This document shows positions 40,601-48,090 of a stretch of DNA of 50,011 nucleotides, piece by piece (positions within the stretch are counted from its first letter, which is position 1; each line of letters starts with the position of its first letter). Made by a program: the position numbers and the translations under genes. The stretch is taken from positions 1-50,011 of the forward strand of contig JBGTDR010000212.1 in the NCBI GenBank assembly GCA_041748215.1, written 5' to 3'. Under the pieces are notes generated by a model that worked only from the letters and a program-made list of their open reading frames with translations, did no database searches and was not told the DNA's origin. The DNA is from Chthoniobacterales bacterium (GTDB taxonomy: Bacteria > Verrucomicrobiota > Verrucomicrobiia > Chthoniobacterales > JAATET01).

Positions 40601-41588
40601 GCTCCTGCGCGATTTCGGCGGCGGCACGACTGTGTTCGTGCTCGCTGCGCGCGATGTCGCGCGTGTGGGTGGTTTCTGCGGCGGTCCGGCACGCAACGGC
40701 GAGCCGGCGCGCTGCGTGAAGATGGTTGGCCACGGTCACGGCGTCCTCCCGCGAACGACGTTTTCCGATCTCGTGCAGGACGGTAAAGATCACGCTTCCC
40801 GCCAATGCTCCTCCAATCGCCACCGCCGGGTTGAGCACTTCGCTGTCGGCCAGTAGAAATGCCGCCAGTCCGATGAGTGCCCACCAGACGGGCAGGGGAA
40901 GCAGGCTGAACATCCGGGGCAGCGGGTGCGTGCGAAATTTCGCCAGAGCGGCTTCGGTCCGGGAAATTTCTCCCGCAAGTTCTCCGTAAATCCGGTTGGG
41001 TTCCCCAGCGGGACTCTCCGCTTTCTCCTCCGTCCGCAGCAGCCTCAAAAAACGCCAGCTTCCGGCGAAATATGCGCGGGCCCGACGTTCGAGTGCGGCG
41101 AGAGCACGCTCCTGGTTGGCCAGCTCCGCAAGGAAGTTTGCGAATGCCTTGTCCGCTTCATCGCGCCGGGCGGTAAGCCAGCGCCCAGCTTCAAATTCCC
41201 GCAACTGCAGCTCTCCGATCCAACGTGCGCGTTCCTCGCGCACGCGTTTCGGCAACAGGCGGATCGCCTCTTTCCGCGCGTGTTCGATGCGATCCCGGCG
41301 CGCGGCGTGTCGGTTTCGCAACTTCTCACCAGCGTCCGATAAAACGGCTTCGGAATCCACCGCGCCCGCCTCGAGCGTTTCGGTCAATTTCTCGACGGCT
41401 TCGCGATGGGTGCGCTCGATGGTTCGCTCGCGCGTCCGCAGCTCGCGAGTCAGCGTGGCCGATGCGGCATCAAATTCCGTCACGACCTCGCGCAGGCGCC
41501 GTACGAGCGCGAGTGCCCGGGACGGCCGCTGATCCACCCGATCACTCACAATCCCTCCTGATGCGGCGAAGCAGAGCGTCGAGGTCAT
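37686..41588 (-). CDS. EssC/EccC-like FtsK/SpoIIIE-family secretion ATPase (N-terminal coiled-coil, 2-TM hairpin, three tandem P-loop ATPase domains)
   Basis: TM hairpin: MFSLLPLPVWWALIGLAAFLL / AVAIGGALAGSVIFTVL. The first and third ATPase domains are degenerate (HFLVIADFP..., AAQFVFFHQYPP...VFVFIHG). The middle one is canonical: Walker A FAGKTGSGKST, Walker B LLIIDEFQEF. An alternative GTG start at ~41549 directly overlaps the upstream gene stop (GTGAGTGA). Confidence 0.8.
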   Translation of the reverse strand: MTSTLCFAASGGIVSDRVDQRPSRALALVRRLREVVTEFDAASATLTRELRTRERTIERTHREAVEKLTETLEAGAVDSEAVLSDAGEKLRNRHAARRDRIEHARKEAIRLLPKRVREERARWIGELQLREFEAGRWLTARRDEADKAFANFLAELANQERALAALERRARAYFAGSWRFLRLLRTEEKAESPAGEPNRIYGELAGEISRTEAALAKFRTHPLPRMFSLLPLPVWWALIGLAAFLLADSEVLNPAVAIGGALAGSVIFTVLHEIGKRRSREDAVTVANHLHAARRLAVACRTAAETTHTRDIARSEHEHSRAAAEIAQELARADTVSEDFRRASEKKLEVQVPRAAARNDAILQAGLDRIASEIQLRDELTRQGADAARIGIERTREEATATLAADANFRWQALEEDWRKQLVPLYRAIAEIETSASEIFPPWSEEFVGSWQPPVLFTPATFFARLEFSLKREDSPRLALPGPAEISVPLALSYPDEGSLLIESNDSGAHDVTDTLNAIILRLLATTPPGKLSFTIIDPVGLGQNFAGLMHLADYEESLINRRIWTQREQIEERLAGLNEHIEKIIQMYLRNEYATIADYNERAGSTAEKYHFLVIADFPAHFSETAARRLASIIASGPRCGVFTLIHWDRRQPLPDGLAEEDLRKGSLVLRREAGTLVVDDPSFIPGTRLVLQPLPTPALALELVQRTGSASVDANRVQVPFASVAPDPGECWSGITTNELRVAIGRTGATKLQYLAIGKGTRQHALFAGKTGSGKSTLFHVIITNLALWCSPEQVEFYLIDFKKGVEFKCYAEKRLPHARVVAIESDREFGLSVLQRLDEELRRRGDLFRRAGAQDVAGYLRGGGTEPMPRSLLIIDEFQEFFVEDDTIAQNAAVLLDRIVRQGRAFGIHVLLGSQTLGGAFTLARATLGQMVIRVALQCNEADAYLIMDDSNSAPRLLSRPGEGIYNDAAGAVEGNSPFQVVWLPDDERDARLDEVRALAERRTEPLAAPVVFEGNAPADVRDNSLLAQLLATEPERQPTAARVWLGAPNAIKGPTEAIFHRQSGNHLLIAGQRDDATLTMLGLALLALAAQYSTGAAQFVFFHQYPPGSVEADFLAAIRDAAGHDVVFAGASELPGVMANLATELHTRGEDGALVHEAPAVFVFIHGLQRFKKLRSEDSFDFSFGEPGAEASPAAHFGELINEGSSHGLHLLVAVDTFNNVNRSLSRKALGEFEMRVIFQMSANDSASLIDSPKASGLGLHRALFYNEHDGTLETFRPYGMPDAAWIGQAAPAAKR

Positions 41589-41754
41589 CCATCACTGCCG
41601 TGGTTTTGGCGAGCTGCTGAGGCAGCGCGGCCAGGTAGCGGTGTTCGAATTCCAGCGCCTTGGCATCGCGCCAGTGGACGCGCGCTTCCTGCCACTGGGC
41701 GGCGAGATCCTTGGCGGACTGCTCGAGATTCGACGCTCCGGCTTTGACGCTCAT
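41542..41754 (-). CDS. Small helical protein (70 aa), WXG100-like partner
   Basis: ATG at 41754 overlaps the stop of the 171-aa gene (ATGA). MSVKAGASNLEQSAKDLAAQWQEARVHWRDAKALEFE.... The ORF-track N-terminal extension is rejected as low-complexity Arg/Pro-rich. Confidence 0.45.
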   Translation of the reverse strand: MSVKAGASNLEQSAKDLAAQWQEARVHWRDAKALEFEHRYLAALPQQLAKTTAVMDDLDALLRRIRRDCE

Positions 41755-42266
41755 GCAGCTTCCTCCGTGTTCAATGCTGGTGTTTGCGGTGGTGGCGCGG
41801 TCTCGGCGTACTCGTCGAGGTGACGCTGCGCCTGCGCGAGAAACGTCACGGCGGACGGTAAATCCTGGTCGAGCACGTTCCGCAGGGCGTTCATTTGTTT
41901 GACGAGGGGATCGACCACGACGTCGAAGTCGCGGGTCCAGCGCCGGACCATGCGCAACTTTTCTCCGGCTTCGGCGAGTGCCCGTTTGGCATGGTGCACG
42001 GCGGCCTGCTGGGCGGTCGTGGTGTCGCGGAGTGAAGAAATGCGGGCACTCAAAAGCTCTTGCTCGGCCTGGTCGAGCGTCCGCTGCCAGCGCCGAATTT
42101 CGCCTTCCCAATACAGGCGTTGATCCGTTTGCAACCACAACCGGGTGCGCCGTGCTTCGTCCGTGGCGGCGTCGAGTGCGTGCCGCGATCGCGACAAAAA
42201 AACGATGAGATTTGCACGAAAACGTTCAAGCGCGTCCAGCGAGGTGACTCTGGCGTCGGTAGGCAT
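41751..42266 (-). CDS. Helical/coiled-coil protein (171 aa), possible LXG/targeting-factor-like T7SS accessory
   Basis: All-helical heptad-rich sequence. It sits between the WXG100-like gene (9 nt gap) and the 70-aa gene (ATGA overlap). Confidence 0.45.
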   Translation of the reverse strand: MPTDARVTSLDALERFRANLIVFLSRSRHALDAATDEARRTRLWLQTDQRLYWEGEIRRWQRTLDQAEQELLSARISSLRDTTTAQQAAVHHAKRALAEAGEKLRMVRRWTRDFDVVVDPLVKQMNALRNVLDQDLPSAVTFLAQAQRHLDEYAETAPPPQTPALNTEEAA

Positions 42267-42275
42267 TTCCGAAGG

Positions 42276-42548
42276 TCAGCGCTGATCCAGGTATTGCTCG
42301 ATGCGCTGGGCTTTGCGCAAGAGGTACGGCGTGTGTTTTTCCGAGGTCGCGACAAATTTTTTGAGGACCTTCATCGTCGCAATGAATTCCTCGGCAAATT
42401 TTTCATGTTCCTGATCCTGCCAGGTTCCGCCGAGGGCGGCGAACCGCGCCTGCAGCGACGAGCCGCGCGCCTGCAGGTCATCGTTGAACCGCTTGAGTTC
42501 GGTTGCAAATCGCCGGACTTCCTCCGGATCCATGATTGCCTGCGCCAT
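42276..42548 (-). CDS. WXG100-family (EsxA/YukE-like) small helical hairpin protein
   Basis: 90 aa. N-terminal MDPEEVRRFATELKRF and central GTWQDQEHEKFAEEF parallel B. subtilis YukE (TPEELRAMAKQY ... SMWEGASSEAFADQY), with Gly replaced by Asp. First gene of the operon ending in the EssC-like ATPase. Confidence 0.55.
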   Translation of the reverse strand: MAQAIMDPEEVRRFATELKRFNDDLQARGSSLQARFAALGGTWQDQEHEKFAEEFIATMKVLKKFVATSEKHTPYLLRKAQRIEQYLDQR

Positions 42549-42631
42549 AATATTGGGTCGTCTTTCCTGGTGGGCTGCCTTGGTGCCCGAAAGATACGCG
42601 TCATGCGCTCAGGAGCAACCCTGCGGCCGCT

Positions 42632-43105
42632 TCAAAACATCGCAGCAAACAAAAACCAGCCAACCATCAGGAGTCCGATGGCCAGTTTGCCGGCAATGCC
42701 CGCGGTGGTACCGATCAGCGTTCCCCACGATGACTTGCCTGCGGGAAGGATCCCTTTCCCGCCGAGCAGTTCACCGATCAACGCTCCGATCAACGGCCCG
42801 ACGAAAATTCCGATGATGCCGAAAAACAATCCGACGATGGCACCGAGGATGCCGCCGATCGCTCCCCAGCGTGTCGCGCCAAACCACTTTGCACCCAGCG
42901 ATCCGCTCACGATATCAAGCGCCTGCGCAAGCAGCATCAGCACCAGCAGCACGCCCAGCGTCGGCCATCCCACCGCTCCCACGGTGAAATGATTCAGCAC
43001 CGCGCCCGCCAGAATCAGGATCGTTCCCGGGATCAATGGCAGGAACGTGCCCGCCAGTCCGAGTAGCATCAGCAGAAACGTGAGTGTCCACCAGACCGTG
43101 TCCAT
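42632..43105 (-). CDS. DUF456-family small membrane protein
   Basis: 157 aa, Gly-rich polytopic (GAIGGILGAIVGLFFGIIGIFVGPLIGALIGELLGG). Confidence 0.55.
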   Translation of the reverse strand: MDTVWWTLTFLLMLLGLAGTFLPLIPGTILILAGAVLNHFTVGAVGWPTLGVLLVLMLLAQALDIVSGSLGAKWFGATRWGAIGGILGAIVGLFFGIIGIFVGPLIGALIGELLGGKGILPAGKSSWGTLIGTTAGIAGKLAIGLLMVGWFLFAAMF

Positions 43106-43108
43106 CGA

Positions 43109-44299
43109 TCAGTCTGTGGCGCGCTTGCGCGGAAGATTCCGCCGTTCGGCGAGCAGGTTGAGCAGTCCAAAATAAAATCCGGCCTGAATCGTCTGCCCCC
43201 CGAGGATAAGAAGGAGCGCGGAAGAAATCACCAGTCGGATCGGCGAGACAATCGGATCGAGATCACCAAATCCCGTGCCGCCCCAATGCCGGGCTGCCGC
43301 CAGACCAAGCACCAGTCCGATTGCGACAATGCCACCGCCAAGCATGATCAATCGCTCCAGTGTGCCTTGTCTCACCAAATCTTCGAAACGTGTTCCCGAC
43401 GGGTGCAGGCGGGTTTCCACCGCGATGATCTTGGCAAAAATTGCCAGCAGGATCGCCTGGTAGCCGATGATCATGGCCGCCGACGAATAGATGAGCGTGT
43501 GGTAGTCGAGCGTTATACGTCCAATCTCGAGTTTGCCGGGCAGGAGCGCCAGCGTGACCAAACCGCCGAGGCCCATCAGGGCTAGGCCGGGCACGCCAAA
43601 AACCCATTTCGGGCTCATCAGGAGATAAAGCCGCAGGCTGCGCCAGCCGTCGCGATACGTGCGCAGGTGCGGTTTTCGATTGCGACCATCAGGCGACAGG
43701 GTGGTGGGCACCTCGGCGATTTTCACCGAGTTGAGAGTCGATTTGATGACCATCTCGATCGCAAATTCCATTCCGTCGCTCTGAAGCTGGAGGTTTTGGA
43801 TCACCGACTTTCGAAATCCGCGAAGGCCGCAATAAAAGTCGCCGCACACTTTCGTCCCGTAAAATTTCCGTCCCATCAGGCTGAGCACGGGATTGCCGAG
43901 ATACCGATGCATGAGCGGCATTGCGCCGGGTTCGATTCCGCCCAGAAAACGATTCCCCATCACGAGTTCCGCCCCGTCGCGAAGTTTTTCGACGAACGGG
44001 TGCAGCGCGGAAAAATCGTAGCTGTCGTCGCAATCACCCATGATTACGAAGGGAGCTTTCGCCGCATGGATGCCTTCCCTCAGCGCCGCTCCGTACCCAC
44101 GAGTGGCGACGGGCACAACGCGCGCGCCCAGTTCCTCGGCGATCTGGATCGAACCGTCCGTGCTTCCGTTGTCCGCGACAATGACCTCGCCCGCGACTCC
44201 ATATTTTTCAAGGTAGCCCAATGCCTTGCGGATGCAGATGGGAAGTGTGCGTGCCTCGTTCAGACAAGGCATGACGATGGAAAGTTCGAGATCGGCCAT
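43109..44299 (-). CDS. GT2 glycosyltransferase with C-terminal membrane anchor (polyprenol-phosphate sugar transferase, ArnC/GtrB-like)
   Basis: LSIVMPCLNEA, DNGSTDGS and the DxD motif in MGDCDDSYD. Four C-terminal TM helices. Confidence 0.8.
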   Translation of the reverse strand: MADLELSIVMPCLNEARTLPICIRKALGYLEKYGVAGEVIVADNGSTDGSIQIAEELGARVVPVATRGYGAALREGIHAAKAPFVIMGDCDDSYDFSALHPFVEKLRDGAELVMGNRFLGGIEPGAMPLMHRYLGNPVLSLMGRKFYGTKVCGDFYCGLRGFRKSVIQNLQLQSDGMEFAIEMVIKSTLNSVKIAEVPTTLSPDGRNRKPHLRTYRDGWRSLRLYLLMSPKWVFGVPGLALMGLGGLVTLALLPGKLEIGRITLDYHTLIYSSAAMIIGYQAILLAIFAKIIAVETRLHPSGTRFEDLVRQGTLERLIMLGGGIVAIGLVLGLAAARHWGGTGFGDLDPIVSPIRLVISSALLLILGGQTIQAGFYFGLLNLLAERRNLPRKRATD

Positions 44300-44302
44300 G
44301 GG

Positions 44303-46234
44303 TCAGCGGGAAGCGGGATTTTGGGGGGCGGAAATGAAAACGACGCAACCGGCGCGCGGGACCAGCACCACTTCCGCGGAACGCATCCTCGACATGATGT
44401 TTTGGTTTTCGCCGACGCGGGATTCCGGATCCACAAAGCGGTAATAAAACGCCATCCACATGTCGCGCGCCTGATTGAATTTCAAGCCGCGAAATACCGG
44501 CATCTCCCAGAACTGATCGGCGACGTTGCCGCGTGCGGCCGCGGACGCGGTCAGCGAGCGGTCCAGCGAACGTTGGGCGAAGTCCGGCAAAGGAACGATG
44601 GTGGGAGTCGGCAGGCTGCGGCGCGCAAGGTCGGTGACCGCGAGGTGCTTCCACAACGCGTCACCAAGCTCATCTCCGGCGGGAGAATCAAGATCAATGC
44701 CGGCTGCTTCCGCATCTTCGTCGAGCAACGCGCGGTCGATCATTGGGAGATCCATCTGGGACTCGATGAAGACGACGGGTGCCGGGTGGTTTTCAGAAAA
44801 ATCGCGCCGCACCGGAGCCACGCTCTGGACGGGCAGACCGAGGTAATATGTCCAGACGAGGTGGTTGTTGGGCGTCGCGTAGAAACGCGTGCCGGGCGGA
44901 AAGGAGCGTTCGTTAAATACGCCAGCCATCGAAGCAATCATGGTCGGCTGGTGAACCAATGCGTTGATGGACCGCGCTCCAAGGAATCCGATGCGGTGAT
45001 TGCTCTGGAGGAAGACGACCACGACGATGACGGCCAGCGCGGGAGCCCAGCGAATCGAAACCGCTCGCAGCGCGTCCGCCAGAAACAACGCTGCCAGCAA
45101 CACAAACGGCGTCCACAAAACCAGCGTCAGCCGTTCGTAAAAGAAACTCGCCGCCGGCACGACGAAGTGAAACGCCGTGTAGCCCACGGCCAGCCAGCCC
45201 AGCAGAAACACGTAAAGCAATCGGTGGTCGAGGAATCCCTGGCGGAAACGCGCCGGCAGCCAATGTGCGCCGGCGACGACCGCGACGATCAGCGCCCCAA
45301 AAATGAGCGGTTCACGGCGCTGCAGCAGGTAATAGACCCAGTCCCCGGCGGATTCGAAAACCGACCGTGCTTTCGGGACGGCCGCGGCGGTTTCAAAAAA
45401 TCCACTCAGCCAAACCCACGGCAGGATCAGTGCCGCAGCAATGCCCGCGGCGAGGAGCGAGCGCGGCAGCCAGCCACTGCGCCGTATAATGAGCGGGGCC
45501 GCCAGCAGCGAGGTGATCGCAAAGACGAGCGCCGAAAACTGATGGGTGTGAAACAGCAGTCCTTCCGCAACACCCAGAGCGACAAAGGATTTCCAACTTC
45601 CGTGCCGGACGACGTGCCACAGCGCCAGCGCGACAACGACCGAAAGAAACAGCGTGAGCGAATAATACCGCGCCTGGTAGCCGAACAATTCGGCTCGCGC
45701 ACTCAGCGCGGTCAGCGCCAGCGTTGCAAGGCCGGCGGGTGTGCCGCCCAATCGGCAACCGAGCACGAAGGTTGCGATCATCGTGCCGAGTGAAAACAGG
45801 AGCGCGGGAATGCGCGGCACGATGGTGCGAAGCGGGGCGTCGGCCGCGCCGTGAAGCACACGTGGAGGATCGGTTGCACGGTCGGGTTCCATTCCAAACA
45901 GCCACTGAGACGCGGCGATGGCGTAAAGCGGCAGCCAGCCGTGGTAAACCGCGACGCCCTTCGATGAATAACTGCTGTCGCGGAATTCGTATTCCGGATG
46001 GTCCGGCCAGGGTTCGGTGAGCGTGTTTTCGTAAATCGGCAGGCCGAGGTATTCGCTCACCGGCACGCCGTGATCCAGGATCGTGAGCGCATTGATGCTC
46101 GATTCGGCTTCGTCCACCCAGAGCGTTCCGCCCACGAGTGAGATGCGCAAAGTCATACCGACGACGATGAGCATCGCCGCCGCAGCCAGTGCCAGCCATT
46201 TGCTTCCGACGGACGACTCGGAGACGTCCGTCAT
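44303..46234 (-). CDS. GT-C fold glycosyltransferase, ArnT/PMT-like (GT39/GT83 family) polytopic membrane protein
   Basis: First-loop DE motif TLWVDEAESS. ~11 TM helices with a large C-terminal soluble domain. It sits adjacent to, and 3 nt downstream of, a polyprenol-P sugar GT2, the canonical ArnC/ArnT-like pairing. Confidence 0.65.
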   Translation of the reverse strand: MTDVSESSVGSKWLALAAAAMLIVVGMTLRISLVGGTLWVDEAESSINALTILDHGVPVSEYLGLPIYENTLTEPWPDHPEYEFRDSSYSSKGVAVYHGWLPLYAIAASQWLFGMEPDRATDPPRVLHGAADAPLRTIVPRIPALLFSLGTMIATFVLGCRLGGTPAGLATLALTALSARAELFGYQARYYSLTLFLSVVVALALWHVVRHGSWKSFVALGVAEGLLFHTHQFSALVFAITSLLAAPLIIRRSGWLPRSLLAAGIAAALILPWVWLSGFFETAAAVPKARSVFESAGDWVYYLLQRREPLIFGALIVAVVAGAHWLPARFRQGFLDHRLLYVFLLGWLAVGYTAFHFVVPAASFFYERLTLVLWTPFVLLAALFLADALRAVSIRWAPALAVIVVVVFLQSNHRIGFLGARSINALVHQPTMIASMAGVFNERSFPPGTRFYATPNNHLVWTYYLGLPVQSVAPVRRDFSENHPAPVVFIESQMDLPMIDRALLDEDAEAAGIDLDSPAGDELGDALWKHLAVTDLARRSLPTPTIVPLPDFAQRSLDRSLTASAAARGNVADQFWEMPVFRGLKFNQARDMWMAFYYRFVDPESRVGENQNIMSRMRSAEVVLVPRAGCVVFISAPQNPASR

Positions 46235-47019
46235 TATTCGACCGAACGCACCGTGAATCCGCCGGACTTTTCGTCGGCGTCGAGTTTCAGGATCCCCTGT
46301 CTTTCCGCCTCCTTGAGCAGGTCGTTGAAGGACCGGAAACCGTGAGCTCGTTCGTTAAATCCAGGGTTGCGACGTTTGAGCGCTTGTTTGACCGCGGAAC
46401 CCCAGATTTTGTCGTCCTCGCCACGTTCGTCCTCAAGCGCCTCCAACGTGTCGGCGACCTGGTCGAGCGCCTGCTGCAGGGTGGGCCCGTCGCTCGGCGG
46501 GCGGGGCGCGGTGTCTTCGGTTTTCGGTTCGGCCCGGCGGCGCGGTGCGGCATTTTTCCGCTGAGGTTTTTCGCGAACGAGATCGTCGTAATAGACGAAC
46601 TGGTCGCAGTTATTGATGAAAAGATCCGAGCTGGAATTTTTCACCCCGACGCCGACGACCGTCTTGGCGTTTTCGCGGAGTTTGCTCACGAGTGGAGAAA
46701 AATCCGAATCGCCGCTCAGGATCACGAATGTGTCCAGATGCTGCTTCGTGTAGCATAGGTCCAAAGCGTCCACGACCATGCGAATGTCGGCGGAATTTTT
46801 CCCGGACTGGCGCACGTGGGGGATTTCGATCAACTCGAACGCCGCCTCGTGCAGGTCGCGTTTGAATTCTTTGTAACGGTCGAAATCGCAGTATGCCTTT
46901 TTGACGACGATGTGCCCGCGGAGGAGCAGGCGCTCAAGCACGAGCTGGATTTCGAAGCGCGGGAATCGCGCGTCTTTCGCGCCGAGGGCGATATTTTCAA
47001 GGTCGAGAAAGACGGCCAT
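46234..47019 (-). CDS. NYN-domain (LabA-like) protein with C-terminal OST-HTH/LOTUS domain
   Basis: ATG at 47019 gives MAVFLDLENIALGA... (NYN start pattern). ILSGDSDFSPLV matches the NYN catalytic region. The C-terminal WGSAVKQALKRRNPGFNERAHGFRSFNDLLKEAERQGILKL matches LOTUS. The stop overlaps the downstream ArnT-like start by 1 nt. Confidence 0.65.
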   Translation of the reverse strand: MAVFLDLENIALGAKDARFPRFEIQLVLERLLLRGHIVVKKAYCDFDRYKEFKRDLHEAAFELIEIPHVRQSGKNSADIRMVVDALDLCYTKQHLDTFVILSGDSDFSPLVSKLRENAKTVVGVGVKNSSSDLFINNCDQFVYYDDLVREKPQRKNAAPRRRAEPKTEDTAPRPPSDGPTLQQALDQVADTLEALEDERGEDDKIWGSAVKQALKRRNPGFNERAHGFRSFNDLLKEAERQGILKLDADEKSGGFTVRSVE

Positions 47020-47165
47020 CGTCGCGTCACTCGTCGCTTCCGGTTTGCTCATCAGGTGGAGCAAATCACATTCGTCCTCCGTCAGCGACCCTTTCACGCG
47101 AAGATTCCTCACACCCGGCGCATTCCGGCTTCCCGTTTCCGGCGGACCCGTGGCAGGTTGCCGCC

Positions 47166-47516
47166 ATGCCCGATCCTTCCAATACCGCGTCCCGTAACGT
47201 CCTCTCCAACGACATCCAGATCACCGGCACGGTGAAGTTTGGCAGCGATCTCCTGCTCGATGGAAAAATCGATGGCGAAATCCTCTCCGGCGGCCAGCTC
47301 GTGATTGGCAAACGCGCCGAAGTTCTCGGCGAAATCAAAACCGGCTCCGCTTCGATCCAGGGCACCGTGATGGGAAATATCACCGTCACGGACCGCGTGG
47401 AGCTCAAGTCCACCGCGCAGGTCGAAGGTGACATCAAGGCCGCCCGCGTCTCGATCGACGACGGCGCCGTGTTCATCGGCAAAGCCGAGATCACTTCGGG
47501 CGCGGCGCGAAAGTAA
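47166..47516 (+). CDS. Bactofilin
   Basis: 116 aa with the beta-helical repeat pattern IDGEILSGGQLVIGKRAEVLGEIKTGSASIQGTVMGNITVTDRVEL. Typical DUF583. Confidence 0.8.
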   Translation: MPDPSNTASRNVLSNDIQITGTVKFGSDLLLDGKIDGEILSGGQLVIGKRAEVLGEIKTGSASIQGTVMGNITVTDRVELKSTAQVEGDIKAARVSIDDGAVFIGKAEITSGAARK

Positions 47517-47583
47517 GTTTTCGCTGGATTGCGCGGCGGGTGGGCCGACGTTTGGGTTAACCCCCCAACCGAAAGGAAACGTC

Positions 47584-48033
47584 ATGGAAATCACCACGAC
47601 CCTTCGCTCCGTGCTTGATCGCAAAGGTACCGACACCTGGTCGATCCCGCCCGGTGCCAGCGTCTTCGAGGCAATCTCGGAGATGTCCACCCGCAACATC
47701 GGTGCCCTCCCGGTCATTCGCGACGGGCACCTCGTCGGCATGATCTCCGAGCGCGACTACACGCGCAAAGTCATCCTGCTCGGGCGCTCGTCCCGCGATA
47801 CGCGCGTCGATGAAATCATGACGGTCGATTCCGTCACCGCCGACCCGCATGATTCCATCGAAAAGTGTATGCAGCTCATGACGAAATGCCGCGTGCGGCA
47901 TCTGCCCGTCCTCGAGTACGGCCGCCTTCTCGGAATCGTTTCCATCGGCGATCTGGTGAATTGGATCATCAACGCCCAGACCGCCGCCATTGAAGATCTC
48001 GAGCATTACGTGACCGGAGCGTATCCGGGCTGA
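47584..48033 (+). CDS. CBS-pair domain protein
   Basis: ATG at 47584. Two CBS motifs (IGALPVIRDGHLVGMISERD ... VRHLPVLEYGRLLGIVSIGD). Confidence 0.75.
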   Translation: MEITTTLRSVLDRKGTDTWSIPPGASVFEAISEMSTRNIGALPVIRDGHLVGMISERDYTRKVILLGRSSRDTRVDEIMTVDSVTADPHDSIEKCMQLMTKCRVRHLPVLEYGRLLGIVSIGDLVNWIINAQTAAIEDLEHYVTGAYPG

Positions 48034-48090
48034 GCGCGGCCCGTCCGAAGATTGACGCCGCCGCACCAATCCGAAAAGGTGCGCGGCGTC

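Noticed and set aside
41542-41588. 47-nt overlap between the 70-aa gene and the annotated ATG start of the EssC-like ORF
   Set aside because: Not rejected as a gene. The overlap is probably an annotation artefact: a GTG start at ~41549, embedded in GTGAGTGA with aggaggg just upstream, would give translational coupling without a long overlap.
43667-45793. 708-aa plus-strand ORF antisense to GT2/ArnT-like genes
   Set aside because: Arg/Gln/Asp-rich low-complexity translation. The minus-strand genes have DxD and DE motifs and TM topology.
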